DNA of 64,000 nt from an uncultured Saprospiraceae bacterium. GTDB taxonomy: Bacteria; Bacteroidota; Bacteroidia; Chitinophagales; Saprospiraceae. The stretch is from positions 28,616-92,615 of the forward strand of contig CALLAE010000012.1 of assembly GCA_938002665.1 (NCBI GenBank), in the 5' to 3' direction. Shown piece after piece: positions 9,132-19,548 of the stretch (its first letter is position 1; the number at the start of each line of letters is the position of its first letter). Under the pieces are notes generated by a model that saw only the letters and a list, made by a program, of their open reading frames with translations, was not told where the DNA came from and made no database searches. The position numbers were made by a program, and so were the translations under genes.

Positions 9132-11606
9132 ATGGCAGATAATCAGCGAATTGTAAAGGTAAATATAGAGGATCAGATGAAGTCTGCATACATCGATTAT
9201 TCGATGTCTGTAATTGTCTCCAGAGCCTTACCAGATGTGCGGGATGGACTGAAGCCAGTGCATAGGAGAATCCTCTATGGAATGGATGATCTTGGACTGG
9301 ATTATAACAAGCCTCACAAGAAATCTGCAAGAGTCGTCGGAGAGGTACTCGGTAAGTATCATCCACACGGTGATAGTTCCGTATATGACGCGATGATCAG
9401 AATGGGTCAGCCATGGAGTATGCGATACCCCTTAGTAGATATACAAGGTAATAAAGGTTCTATGGACGGTGATAGTCCTGCAGCCATGAGATATACCGAG
9501 GCTAGGATGGACAGGCTAAGTGATGAACTTATAGATGATATCAAGAAAAATACAGTTGACTTTAAACTCAACTTTGACGATTCCTTAGAAGAGCCCACCG
9601 TACTACCTGCCAAGTTACCCAATCTACTTATAAATGGTGCTACAGGCATTGCAGTAGGTATGGCAACCAATATGCTTCCTCACAACTTATCAGAGGTCAT
9701 AGATGGTACTATAGCCTTGATAGATGATGCCGAAATATCTATAGATGGACTGATGGAACACATCAAAGCGCCAGACTTTCCTACAGGAGGAATCATCTAT
9801 GGAATGGAAGGTGTCAAAGAGGCTTTTCACACCGGTAGAGGTAGAGTAGTAGTTAGAGCCAAAACCGATATAGAGCTCAGTAAAACGGGAAAAGAATCTA
9901 TCATCATATCTGAAATTCCATTCCAAGTCAATAAGGCCAATCTCGTTATGAAGATTGCTGACTTAGTTAATTCTGGTAAAGTAGAAGGGATCAGTGACAT
10001 CAGAGATGAATCTGATAGAAATGGACTGAGAGTAGTAGTAGATATTAAAAAGGATGCAATTGCCAATGTGGTACTGAGTAAGCTTTTTAAATATTCACCA
10101 TTACAGACTTCCTATGGTGTCAATAATATCGCACTTGTAGATGGCAGGCCTAGACAACTGAATCTAAAAGATATTTTAGAGGAGTTTGTAAAATTCAGAT
10201 TGGAGGTCATCGTAAGAAGAACACAATTTGATCTCAATAAAGCTGAAGAAAGAGCCCACATACTAGAAGGTCTGATCAAAGCAATAGATAACCTGGATGA
10301 GGTTATCAGAATTATCAGGAGTTCTAAGACAGTAGATGAGGCTAAGGAAAAGCTTATGGCTTCTCTTGATCTATCGGAAATACAGGCTAAGGCAATTCTA
10401 GAAATGAGACTACAGAAGCTAGTCAGTCTGGAAATGGAAAAACTCCGTAAAGAGTACGAAGAGTTGCAGATTGTTATAGCAGATCTGAAGGATATCTTGG
10501 CCAATGAAGGTAGAAGGAAAGAGATTATCAAAGAAGAACTGAAAGAGCTCAAAGAACGATATGGAGATATCAGAAGAACGCAGCTGAGACATGCAGATGG
10601 TGAGATCAATATTGAAGATATGATCCCTAATGATGAAGTAGTGGTGACTATTTCTAACCTAGGCTATGTCAAGAGAACGAATGCTACAGAGTATAAAACT
10701 CAAAGTAGAGGTGGACGTGGATCACGAGGCAGTAAGACAAGAGATGAAGACTTTGTAGAGCATCTGATTATCGGAAACAATCATAATTACCTACTCTTCT
10801 TTACAGAGAGAGGAAGATGCTTCTGGTTACGTGCCTATGAAATACCAGAAGGTTCTAAAACAGGATCTGGAAGAGTGATTCAGAATATTATTAATCTACC
10901 GAAGGATGATAAAGTCAAGGCTTATATCATGATAGAGGATCTGACTGACCAGGAATTTCTGAAGAATAACTTCATCGTCTTTGCTACAAAGAATGGCGTC
11001 ATTAAGAAAACTTCAGTTGAGGCATATTCTCGACCACGAACAAATGGTATCAATGCCATAACGATTAAGGACGATGACACTTTACTGGAAGTAAAGTTGA
11101 CTGACGGCAATCAGAACATCATGCTGGCCAGTAAGACGGGTAGAGCTATCCGCTTTAATGAGTCTAAGGTGAGAGAAATGGGTCGTTCTGCAGCAGGTGT
11201 AAGAGGTATGAAAATAGACCTAGAAGCAGGTGATAAGATAGTAGGTATGATAATCGATAATCCATCAGATGAAGGCAAAGCCCTCTTTGTAGTATCTGAA
11301 AATGGGTATGGAAAAAGATCGCTTGTCGATGATTTCACAATCATTAACAGAGGTGGAAAGGGTATGAAGGGCATGCAGATCACAGACAAGACGGGTCAAA
11401 TGGTTGCTGTCAAAAGTGTAACAGATACGGACGACCTTATTATTACAACTAAAAATGGCATTATGATCAGAATGAAAGTTTCTGATGTTAGGGTCATGGG
11501 AAGAGCTACCCAAGGTGTGAAGGTTATAAAGCTAGGGGATGGTGATTCTATAGCAGATGTCGCGGTCATTGCTAGAGACGAAAGCGCAAGCGATGAAGAA
11601 GAGTAG
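9132..11606 (+). CDS. gyrA: DNA gyrase subunit A
   Basis: 824 aa with [24 protein letters not shown], the catalytic AAMRYTE region and C-terminal beta-pinwheel repeats. Confidence 0.99.
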   Translation: MADNQRIVKVNIEDQMKSAYIDYSMSVIVSRALPDVRDGLKPVHRRILYGMDDLGLDYNKPHKKSARVVGEVLGKYHPHGDSSVYDAMIRMGQPWSMRYPLVDIQGNKGSMDGDSPAAMRYTEARMDRLSDELIDDIKKNTVDFKLNFDDSLEEPTVLPAKLPNLLINGATGIAVGMATNMLPHNLSEVIDGTIALIDDAEISIDGLMEHIKAPDFPTGGIIYGMEGVKEAFHTGRGRVVVRAKTDIELSKTGKESIIISEIPFQVNKANLVMKIADLVNSGKVEGISDIRDESDRNGLRVVVDIKKDAIANVVLSKLFKYSPLQTSYGVNNIALVDGRPRQLNLKDILEEFVKFRLEVIVRRTQFDLNKAEERAHILEGLIKAIDNLDEVIRIIRSSKTVDEAKEKLMASLDLSEIQAKAILEMRLQKLVSLEMEKLRKEYEELQIVIADLKDILANEGRRKEIIKEELKELKERYGDIRRTQLRHADGEINIEDMIPNDEVVVTISNLGYVKRTNATEYKTQSRGGRGSRGSKTRDEDFVEHLIIGNNHNYLLFFTERGRCFWLRAYEIPEGSKTGSGRVIQNIINLPKDDKVKAYIMIEDLTDQEFLKNNFIVFATKNGVIKKTSVEAYSRPRTNGINAITIKDDDTLLEVKLTDGNQNIMLASKTGRAIRFNESKVREMGRSAAGVRGMKIDLEAGDKIVGMIIDNPSDEGKALFVVSENGYGKRSLVDDFTIINRGGKGMKGMQITDKTGQMVAVKSVTDTDDLIITTKNGIMIRMKVSDVRVMGRATQGVKVIKLGDGDSIADVAVIARDESASDEEE

Positions 11607-11716
11607 AACTTAACTTTTATATATAAAATCTTAACTATTTTTAAGATTCATTTAAGATAATACAAGAGTTATCCTTTTGTGTATCACTAAAATTGAAATT
11701 TAAATTGACCATACTA

Positions 11717-13003
11717 ATGAAGAATTTATTCGCAATACTAACCGTAATGCTTTTTTCAGTGCTATCTATCTCAGCACAGGATGCTTTCAAAGAGTTGAAG
11801 AACGCAGAAAAAGCAATTAAAAAATATGTCGCTAATACTGACTCAGGAGACGAGCTAACTAAAGGTATCCAGCTTATGGAGTCTGCTTTTAGTTCTGATG
11901 ATGTCATGTCTCAAGCAAAATCATGGATTACTAAAGGTAAACTGATGAATATGCTTGCAGATGCTGAAATGAAAAACAAGACCCTAGATATCGCTGGTAC
12001 CTATGTAATAGCTGCACCAGATGCCGCTACAGATGCTTATCAAGCTTTCAGTAAGGCAGCTGAAATGTCTGATAGAAAGAATGAGCTGAAGGAAATCCAT
12101 TCGGGCTTAGCAAGTGTAGAGAATCATCTTAACAACTTCGGTATCGTAGCCTACCAAGCGAAAGATTATGAAAAAGCTTTTGCTAATTTTTCTCAATCTA
12201 TCGCAGTAGCAGAAACATTAAAAGGAATGGGTAAGAAAAGTAGATTAGATGATGAAGCTCTACTTTCAGATCAAAATTTCTTTTCTGCTGTGAGTGCATA
12301 CTACAGCAAGAATTTTGAAGGTGCAATGCCATTTTTAAAGACACTACTCGACAGTGGGAACAAAGACCCATTTGTATATGAAGCATTATACAATATCACT
12401 GCTGACTCAGATCCTGAAATGGCAGTAGGTTATCTTGCAAAGGGAAGAGAACTTAATCCTGATAATACTGGCTTATTATTTACTGAAATCAATCATTACC
12501 TGAAAGTAGGAGAGCTGGATAAACTTATAGGAAAATTAGAAACAGCTATCGAAAAAGAACCAGACAATACTTCTATATATAATACATTGGGATCAGTATA
12601 CGATCAGATGCAACAAAAAGAAACTGATGCAACTAAGTCACAAGAGCTTAGAGATAAGGCTAAAGGATATTATGAGACTGTGCTGGAAAAAGAGCCAGGA
12701 AACTTTGATGCTATGTATAGCCTAGGAGCATTATATTACAACAAAGCTGCAACGTTTGTAGATAAGTTGAACACATTATCAGCTGACTTAACACCTGCGG
12801 GAATGAAAGCTTACGATAATACAAAGGCTGACATGGATGCACTTTTCGCTAAAGCTTTACCATATTTTGAAAAAGCAGAAAAGGCTAATGGAGAAGACCC
12901 TAATACTATTATAGCTTTGAAAGAAATCTACGCTAGACTTAATAACTTAGAAAAGTCTAACGAGTATAAAGCTAAGTACGAAAAGATCGCTACTAAGCAA
13001 TAG
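11717..13003 (+). CDS. secreted tetratricopeptide-repeat protein
   Basis: ORF 11693..13003 starts at TTG; ATG at 11717 gives signal peptide MKNLFAILTVMLFSVLSISAQD. TPR-like helical repeats follow. Confidence 0.7.
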   Translation: MKNLFAILTVMLFSVLSISAQDAFKELKNAEKAIKKYVANTDSGDELTKGIQLMESAFSSDDVMSQAKSWITKGKLMNMLADAEMKNKTLDIAGTYVIAAPDAATDAYQAFSKAAEMSDRKNELKEIHSGLASVENHLNNFGIVAYQAKDYEKAFANFSQSIAVAETLKGMGKKSRLDDEALLSDQNFFSAVSAYYSKNFEGAMPFLKTLLDSGNKDPFVYEALYNITADSDPEMAVGYLAKGRELNPDNTGLLFTEINHYLKVGELDKLIGKLETAIEKEPDNTSIYNTLGSVYDQMQQKETDATKSQELRDKAKGYYETVLEKEPGNFDAMYSLGALYYNKAATFVDKLNTLSADLTPAGMKAYDNTKADMDALFAKALPYFEKAEKANGEDPNTIIALKEIYARLNNLEKSNEYKAKYEKIATKQ

Positions 13004-13027
13004 TAGCTTCAAGAATTATAACCACAA

Positions 13028-13059
13028 GGGTTGTATCAGTTGTGATGCAACCCTTTTTT
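13028..13059 (+). terminator. rho-independent terminator after the TPR gene (gyrA operon end)
   Basis: GGGTTGTATCA-GTTG-TGATGCAACCC (11-bp stem with one G.U) followed by TTTTTT. Confidence 0.8.
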
Positions 13060-13142
13060 ATACCTATAGGCATGAGCATGCATTAATCTTTCAGGTTTAG
13101 AACAGACTTACGTTCTTATGGGTATACTTCTCATATGGATTT

Positions 13143-13871
13143 TTAGATTGCCAATACATCAGACATTGTATATATGCCTTTCTTATCGCGGATGTATTCT
13201 GCTGCCAGTACTGCTCCTAAGGCAAAGCCTTCGCGGGAGTGCGCCTCATGTTTGAGAGTGATAGTGTCTATATCAGAAGAGTAGCTGATCTCATGCATGC
13301 CCTTCACATCTTTCTCTCTTATAACTTCTATGAATATGTTGTCTACTTCATTTTCTGAAATAGACCAACTTTTCTTTCTTTCAATATTTTCCATTATTTG
13401 TCCCGCCAAGGTGACAGCGGTGCCAGAAGGTGCATCCTTTTTAGTGATATGATGAGCCTCTTGCATGCTGACTTCATATTCACTATGCTGGGCCATTAAC
13501 TTAGCCAATTGCTTATTCAGGGCAAAGAGTACATTCACACCTATGCTAAAATTAGAGGCGTAGAGAAAGCCTGTCTTGGTATTCTGGAAGGCTGTACTAA
13601 TTTCCTTGTATTTATCGAGCCAGCCAGTTGTGCCACTTACAGCCGGTATGCCATGCTTAGCCAAAAATAAGAGGTTGGCAGCAGCACTGTGCGGAGTCGT
13701 AAATTCAATTGCCACATCTATTTTCTCGAGAGAGGATGGAATAAAATCCTCACGATTTTTAGAAGATATGGTTAAGGCAATATGGTGACCACGATCTTTA
13801 GCTACTTTTTCGATAATCTTTCCCATTTTACCATAACCAATCAGTGCTATATTGAGTTTATTATCTGTCAT
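13143..13871 (-). CDS. dapB: 4-hydroxy-tetrahydrodipicolinate reductase
   Basis: 242 aa with a Rossmann N-terminus IALIGYGKMGK and the central HHITKKDAPSGTA motif characteristic of DapB. Confidence 0.93.
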   Translation of the reverse strand: MTDNKLNIALIGYGKMGKIIEKVAKDRGHHIALTISSKNREDFIPSSLEKIDVAIEFTTPHSAAANLLFLAKHGIPAVSGTTGWLDKYKEISTAFQNTKTGFLYASNFSIGVNVLFALNKQLAKLMAQHSEYEVSMQEAHHITKKDAPSGTAVTLAGQIMENIERKKSWSISENEVDNIFIEVIREKDVKGMHEISYSSDIDTITLKHEAHSREGFALGAVLAAEYIRDKKGIYTMSDVLAI

Positions 13872-13903
13872 TCGATATTTTCGTGCCCTAAAGTTAAATA
13901 AGT

Positions 13904-14935
13904 GTGATAGAAAACGATATTCTTCTCAGAACAATCAAAAAGGAAGTAGTAGTCCGTCCGCCGATCTGGCTTATGAGACAAGCCGGCAGAATACTTCCAG
14001 AATATAGAGCGATAAGATCTTCATTGTCTGGCTTTATTGAACTGGTAACTACTCCACATTTAGCTGCAGAGGTGACTATACAACCTGTGGACATCTTAGG
14101 TGTAGATGCTGCCATAATATTTTCTGATATACTTGTCATACCAGAATGTATGGGCTTAGAATATGAGTTAATCGAAAAGAAAGGGCCCTATTTTCCTAAG
14201 ACTATAGAGACTGCTGCAGATATAGCAAAGCTGGAGTACGGTCAAGTGGCAGCTGAAAAACTAGACTATGTTTTTAGAGCTCTCGAAATAACAAAGAAGA
14301 ATCTAGCGGGTAGGGTACCACTAATTGGGTTTTCTGGCGCACCTTGGACACTGTTTTCATACATGTTAGAAGGACAAGGCTCAAAGACATTCTCCAAAGC
14401 GAAAGCATTTCTTTACAAGGAACCCAAGCTTGCGCATGAGTTGTTGAGAAAGATTACCCTTACGGTAATTGAATATCTGAAACTAAAAATTAATGCTGGT
14501 GCTGATGTGCTACAGATTTTTGACTCGTGGGCAGGTATGCTAGATAGAAAGTTGTATGCGGAGTTCTGTCTTCCGTATCTCAAAATGATAGTGGATGAGG
14601 TGCAGGGGGTGCCTAAGATTGTATTCAGTAAGGGAGCTTACTTCTCATTAGATCAGATTATTGATTTAGGTTCAGAAGTTGTTGGCTTGGATTGGACTAT
14701 AAATAGAACGGAGTTCAGACAAAATTATGGTGGTGAGATAGTTGTTCAAGGTAACCTAGATCCATGTACACTATATGCTGCGCCGGAGGATGTAGCCAAG
14801 AGTGCCACCGAACTAATGCAGGACTTTAAACGTAACCACATATTCAATTTAGGTCATGGTGTTTATCCAGATACACCATTAGATAATGTCAAACATCTAA
14901 TAAATACGGTTAAAGCATTCAATTACAACACCTAA
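13904..14935 (+). CDS. hemE: uroporphyrinogen decarboxylase
   Basis: 343 aa with a GTG start, PPIWLMRQAGRILPEYR, IIFSDILV and a FNLGHGV C-terminal motif. Confidence 0.95.
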   Translation: MIENDILLRTIKKEVVVRPPIWLMRQAGRILPEYRAIRSSLSGFIELVTTPHLAAEVTIQPVDILGVDAAIIFSDILVIPECMGLEYELIEKKGPYFPKTIETAADIAKLEYGQVAAEKLDYVFRALEITKKNLAGRVPLIGFSGAPWTLFSYMLEGQGSKTFSKAKAFLYKEPKLAHELLRKITLTVIEYLKLKINAGADVLQIFDSWAGMLDRKLYAEFCLPYLKMIVDEVQGVPKIVFSKGAYFSLDQIIDLGSEVVGLDWTINRTEFRQNYGGEIVVQGNLDPCTLYAAPEDVAKSATELMQDFKRNHIFNLGHGVYPDTPLDNVKHLINTVKAFNYNT

Positions 14936-15037
14936 TACATTCTAAGATATATAATATATAAGTATAAGTATTTCAGACGATTAGGATGTTTTTAGAAGCT
15001 TTACTGTATTAGTTTATGTATACTAGTTCTGAAAGTA

Positions 15038-15045
15038 TAAATTTG
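15038..15045 (+). promoter_or_regulatory. -7 promoter box TAAATTTG
   Basis: It is 52 nt upstream of the accD ATG (15097). Confidence 0.4.
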
Positions 15046-15096
15046 GCTGCTGCAAATAACCCTATGAACTATCCTCAAACATCAAATATTTTCTAA

Positions 15097-15948
15097 ATGG
15101 GATGGTTTAAGAGATTCAAAGATGGAATACAAACTGCCACCAAGCACAAAAAGGAGGCACCTGATGGCCTTTGGTACAAGTGTAGAGATTGTGGTGAGAC
15201 GGGTACAGTCAAGGAATATAAGGAACAATTCTATATCTGCCATAAGTGTGGACATCATGCAAGAATAGGTTCGCATGATTATTTTGACATCATCTTCGAT
15301 GGTAAGTATGAGGAGTTGTTTGAAGATCTGGTCTCAAAAGATTTTTTAGAATTTACAGATCTCAAATCTTATTCTGAAAGACTGGATAAAGCAAAAGAAA
15401 AGACTGGCTTGACAGAAGCGATCACTATTGCATCTGGAAAGGTCAATAAGAAGCCTCTGGTTATTGCGGCAATGGACTTTTCTTTTATAGGAGGTTCTAT
15501 GGGCTCGGTGATGGGCGAAAGAATTTCCAAGGCCATAGATTATTGTCTTGATAACAATGTGCCCTTCATGATTTTGTCTAAAACTGGTGGTGCAAGAATG
15601 ATGGAATCAGCCTTTTCTCTTATGCAAATGGCTAAGACCTCTGCTAAGCTTACTTTACTCGCATCTGCTAAGATTCCATATTTTTCGTTTCTGACTGATC
15701 CGACGACTGGAGGTGTAACTGCATCCTTTGCAATGTTAGGGGATATCAATTTTTCTGAGCCTCGAGCCCTGATAGGTTTTGCAGGCCCAAGAGTGATAAA
15801 GGAAACAATCAAAAAAGACTTACCAGAAGGATTTCAAAGCTCAGAGTTTCTTCTAGATCATGGCTTCTTAGATTTTATTGTAAGTAGAGATCAACTCAAA
15901 AGCAAGCTCTCAGATTTATTGACGCTATTTACCCTGCCTGAGGCATAA
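15097..15948 (+). CDS. accD: acetyl-CoA carboxylase carboxyltransferase beta subunit
   Basis: 283 aa with an N-terminal Zn ribbon CRDCGE...CHKCGHH and a carboxyltransferase domain FSFIGGSMGSV. Confidence 0.96.
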   Translation: MGWFKRFKDGIQTATKHKKEAPDGLWYKCRDCGETGTVKEYKEQFYICHKCGHHARIGSHDYFDIIFDGKYEELFEDLVSKDFLEFTDLKSYSERLDKAKEKTGLTEAITIASGKVNKKPLVIAAMDFSFIGGSMGSVMGERISKAIDYCLDNNVPFMILSKTGGARMMESAFSLMQMAKTSAKLTLLASAKIPYFSFLTDPTTGGVTASFAMLGDINFSEPRALIGFAGPRVIKETIKKDLPEGFQSSEFLLDHGFLDFIVSRDQLKSKLSDLLTLFTLPEA

Positions 15949-17536
15949 CAAACACTTTGAAAGTCTTGTCGAAAGGATCACAATGCTCCAGAAGATCATC
16001 TATAAGTTCTGCACCATAGGTAGAGATATACTGAAATATATTATCGTGCCTTTCTTGTAGCCCTTTGGGAAAAAGATTGCTTTTCAGTTTACTCAGTCTA
16101 TTCAGGTTTATCTCCTCTTTCTGTTTGATTGCCTTTTTTAATTTTGATTCAATGAAGTCTAGGCTTTTTAGTGTCTTAGCTTTTTCAGAACCAGCAGTCT
16201 TAACTAAGGTTTTATCTATCGTTACTACTCGATTAGTGATTTCATCAAAAAGAGTATCCACCTGCGATTTCAAATCTTGTAATTCATAATTAGGATGCGT
16301 AGAGTCAGAAATGAGTTTAGTTATGAGAGTTTGTTCTGCTTCAAAAGAGTCTTGGATGCTGATACCTAACTTATCCATTTGTTTTTTACTAGATGGAGTC
16401 AGAATGAGACCAGATCTTCTTCTGATCAGCATCGGGTAGGGTACTCCGAAATGCTCGAACTGTGTCTTGCGCTCTGTCCAATAGGCTAACTCACCACCAC
16501 CTCCTATATAAGCTAGGTTGGGCAAGATATATTCTTGATAGATAGGTCTCATGACAACATTTGGACTGAACCGTTCTGGATGTGCTTCTATTTCCTTAGC
16601 CATCTCTTCCTTACTGAATGAAAGCTCAGTGTCTACTACCGTATAGCGCTCAGCAATTAATTCTATTCTATCTCGTCTTTGAGCCTGGCAGTAAAAGAAA
16701 TTTATATCTCTCACAAAGGCCTGCTCATTATAACCTAGGTTTTCTTTTATCTCTGTTTGAGTCTTAGTTACTTGTGCTTTACTAGGGTTGGAAAAAATCT
16801 CTTCTTTGATAATGGGAATGAAAGCTCTTTTAAGACGAGCATCACTCATGCGCAGAATAACTAAACCTAAATGATCAAATAGAATATGTGTCAATCGAAA
16901 GGCAAACTGGTCATAGGAGACAAAGGCGTTTAACTCCGATTTTAGTTTGCTCAGAATTTCTTGCGCTTTTGATTTTTCGCCTAGTACTTGAACTACTTCA
17001 GATAGTAGCTCTTCTAGCTTCTCAGGCTTATAAGCTCCTACAGATCCTCCGCTTTTTTCTTCCCACTGGTAAGTTCTACCATAGAGATGCATGTGGTTAA
17101 TTTCCTCAAAATCATGATCTTCAGAACCCAGAACAAAGCATGGAACGAAGTGATATCCTGAGTACTCCTTCTGAAGTCTCTCTGCTAGTTTGACAGCACT
17201 GAGAATTTTATAAATGTAGTAGAGTGGTCCAGTCAGTAAAGAGGGCTGGTGGGCGGTCACTACTGTATACGTATTGTTCTTTAGTAAGGCAGATATGTTC
17301 TTTTTTGTGATCTCAGAGGAGCTGGTTTCGGCATATTGATCAGTGATGACTTGATGCAATAAATTTCTGTCAATGTTTTGTTGTTGCTTGGCTTTAATGA
17401 TTTTAGGAAATTCATCAAACTCAAAATCATGTGCGACGAATTGGCTGAATTGTGTAGGGTTAGTATAGTAAGCCAAGTCTCGAGCAGAGAATTGTTTGAT
17501 TTTATCTAGGGGTATATCGAGAACTTCCATTTTCAC
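15929..17536 (-). CDS. bshC: bacillithiol biosynthesis cysteine-adding enzyme BshC
   Basis: 535 aa with length and N-terminal pattern typical of the BshC/DUF2317 family (VVTAHQPSLLTGPLYYIYKILS, GGGGELAYW). The start is GTG at 17536 or ATG at 17530. Confidence 0.75.
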   Translation of the reverse strand: MKMEVLDIPLDKIKQFSARDLAYYTNPTQFSQFVAHDFEFDEFPKIIKAKQQQNIDRNLLHQVITDQYAETSSSEITKKNISALLKNNTYTVVTAHQPSLLTGPLYYIYKILSAVKLAERLQKEYSGYHFVPCFVLGSEDHDFEEINHMHLYGRTYQWEEKSGGSVGAYKPEKLEELLSEVVQVLGEKSKAQEILSKLKSELNAFVSYDQFAFRLTHILFDHLGLVILRMSDARLKRAFIPIIKEEIFSNPSKAQVTKTQTEIKENLGYNEQAFVRDINFFYCQAQRRDRIELIAERYTVVDTELSFSKEEMAKEIEAHPERFSPNVVMRPIYQEYILPNLAYIGGGGELAYWTERKTQFEHFGVPYPMLIRRRSGLILTPSSKKQMDKLGISIQDSFEAEQTLITKLISDSTHPNYELQDLKSQVDTLFDEITNRVVTIDKTLVKTAGSEKAKTLKSLDFIESKLKKAIKQKEEINLNRLSKLKSNLFPKGLQERHDNIFQYISTYGAELIDDLLEHCDPFDKTFKVFVMPQAG

Positions 17537-17568
17537 TATGCCTTAAATTGTTTTTTAATGTAAGGCTG

Positions 17569-17576
17569 CAAAGGTA
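17569..17576 (-). promoter_or_regulatory. -7 promoter box TACCTTTG
   Basis: It is 33 nt upstream of the bshC start (17536) and downstream of the orphan terminator. Confidence 0.4.
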
Positions 17577-17632
17577 GAAATAACTGACTCAGTGAAATAG
17601 TTCATTGCAGGCTGAAAAGCCGAGTAGTAGGC

Positions 17633-17667
17633 AAAAAAATAAGAGGTTGTCCATGTAACAACCTCTT
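17633..17667 (-). terminator. strong orphan intrinsic terminator (no annotated gene upstream on this strand)
   Basis: The minus strand reads AAGAGGTTGT-TACATGG-ACAACCTCTT (perfect 10-bp stem) followed by ATTTTTTT. It lies 97 nt upstream of the bshC start. Confidence 0.7.
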
Positions 17668-17897
17668 AACAGGGCAATATTTAAAAATCAGTTAAACTTT
17701 TAATTTTCAAGACCTCTTTCGGGCTTGTATGTATTAAGACACTAAAAGCTGCCTAAGCGATGCCTGAAGAGTTTATATTTTTTATCTTTTTTTCCTTTTT
17801 CTTCGAAAACCTAGTAAATACCTGCTTTCCCAGCCTAAATTATTTGTAGACTTTTATATCAAGCGGGTATATATCTTTATAAAACCCATGTGAAAGT

Positions 17898-17905
17898 TAT
17901 CTTTG
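17898..17905 (+). promoter_or_regulatory. -7 promoter box TATCTTTG
   Basis: It is 66 nt upstream of the purM-like ATG (17971). Confidence 0.4.
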
Positions 17906-17970
17906 CGTCTCATTCACAATACTTAGTGTCATGAATGAGGTATTAGTTACCCCTATAAGTAAATAATTCT

Positions 17971-19143
17971 ATGTCAGACCCAAAACGGTATGAATTAAGA
18001 GGCGTTTCGGCCTCTAAAAGTGAGGTGCATGATGCTATCAAAGGTCTTGATAAAGGCCTTTATCCTTTGGCTTTCTGTAAGATCTTACCAGATGTGGCTG
18101 GCGGAGACGATAATTACATCAATATTATGCATGCCGATACAGCTGGTACTAAAACCAGTCTCGCTTATATGTACTGGAAAGAAACAGGTGATCTTTCTGT
18201 ATGGAAAGGCATTACGCAGGACGCTATAGTCATGAATCTAGATGATATGGCATGCGTCGGTATTACTCAGGGTATACTGTTGAGCTCCACGATAGGTAGA
18301 AACAAGAATCTTATATCAGGAGAGGTTATCAAAGAACTGATTCAGAGCACAGCCACTTTCTGTGATATGTTGCGCTCTCATGGTGTAGATATCCATCTGG
18401 CTGGAGGCGAGACTGCAGATGTAGGAGATATAGTAAGAACAGTAGATGTAGGCTTTACAGCTTTTGCTAGAGCAAAAAAATCTGACCTTATCCTTAACAA
18501 TATTAAATCTGGTAATGTTATAGTTGGCCTAGCTTCTTACGGCATGTCCACATACGAATCTGAGTATAATGGTGGTATGGGAAGTAATGGCCTTACTTCT
18601 GCAAGACATGATGTTTTCCATAAGAGCTATGCAGACACTTTTCCTGATGCCTACGATCCCAATACGCCAAATGAAGTCGTCTTCACAGGAGGAAAAAAAC
18701 TCACTGATACACTTATGATTGATGACCAAGAAATAACAATAGGCAAATTGGTCCTTTCACCTACAAGAACATTTTTACCTGTTATCACCGCTATACTAGA
18801 CAAGCATCGTTCTGATATCACGGGCATGATTCATAATACAGGCGGCGCACATACCAAAGTGAAGAAGTTTGCGCCAGGAAAGAAAATCATCAAAGACAAG
18901 TTATTGCCAGTACCACCACTCTTCAGACTAATACAAGATCAGTCGGGTACCAGTGATAAAGAGATGTTTCAGGTATTCAATATGGGCACTAGATTAGAAG
19001 TGTACACTTCTGAGGCAGTAGCTAATAGCATAGTGGATATTTCAGAATCATTCGGTATAGCTGCACAGGTCATAGGTAGAGTAGAAGAGGCAGACGAAGC
19101 CTCAGTAGAATTGCATTATAATGGTCAGGTATTCCAGTATTAG
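17971..19143 (+). CDS. AIR synthase-related protein (PurM-like phosphoribosylformylglycinamidine cyclo-ligase)
   Basis: 390 aa with YELRGVSASKSEVHDAIK and PurM N/C domain pattern (DDMACVG, GGETAD). This is the long Bacteroidota-type PurM homologue. Confidence 0.75.
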   Translation: MSDPKRYELRGVSASKSEVHDAIKGLDKGLYPLAFCKILPDVAGGDDNYINIMHADTAGTKTSLAYMYWKETGDLSVWKGITQDAIVMNLDDMACVGITQGILLSSTIGRNKNLISGEVIKELIQSTATFCDMLRSHGVDIHLAGGETADVGDIVRTVDVGFTAFARAKKSDLILNNIKSGNVIVGLASYGMSTYESEYNGGMGSNGLTSARHDVFHKSYADTFPDAYDPNTPNEVVFTGGKKLTDTLMIDDQEITIGKLVLSPTRTFLPVITAILDKHRSDITGMIHNTGGAHTKVKKFAPGKKIIKDKLLPVPPLFRLIQDQSGTSDKEMFQVFNMGTRLEVYTSEAVANSIVDISESFGIAAQVIGRVEEADEASVELHYNGQVFQY

Positions 19144-19159
19144 TAATAAAAAAGTAAAC

Positions 19160-19540
19160 TTACTCTTCTTCGCTCTTTGCCTTATCTAGGATATCCTCAA
19201 CCATTTTCTCACCTTCTTTCATGACATTTTTGATTGTAGATGCACCTTCTTGCATGTTTTCAGAAAGGTCTTCTGTAAGGATTTTGCCTTTCTCTATTAT
19301 TTTATCACCTACGTTTTTGAGCTTTTCGATATCTACATTTTCCTCAAAGGAATCTTTGGTCTGCTGATAGACCATACCTGCTTTCTCTACTATTTTTCCT
19401 GAAGAGGTTTTAAGATTGTCTACGGCATTAGTGAGGTACTCTTTTTCTAGAAGATCATCTATAAAGTCCATAGACTTATGAGTGGTCTTATTAGCTGTCT
19501 TAGCAGAGTTGAATAATAGTTTAGCTAGTTTCTTGAGCAT
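19160..19540 (-). CDS. hypothetical acidic helical protein
   Basis: 126 aa, Lys/Glu-rich and predicted all-helical, directly downstream of purB on the same strand. I recognise no motif. Confidence 0.45.
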   Translation of the reverse strand: MLKKLAKLLFNSAKTANKTTHKSMDFIDDLLEKEYLTNAVDNLKTSSGKIVEKAGMVYQQTKDSFEENVDIEKLKNVGDKIIEKGKILTEDLSENMQEGASTIKNVMKEGEKMVEDILDKAKSEEE

Positions 19541-19548
19541 AATTGACT

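Noticed and set aside
9407-11513. The series of minus-strand ORFs inside gyrA (9407..9670, 9690..9926, 9827..10066, 10112..10609, 10922..11110, 11111..11389, 11265..11513)
   Set aside because: They are antisense to an unambiguous, full-length gyrA. Their Ser/Leu/Ile-rich low-complexity translations are typical of antisense frames in AT-rich coding DNA.
15929-15948. The 20-bp convergent overlap of the accD and bshC 3' ends as a regulatory antisense feature
   Set aside because: Short 3'-3' overlaps are common in compact genomes, and nothing else in the sequence supports a specific function.
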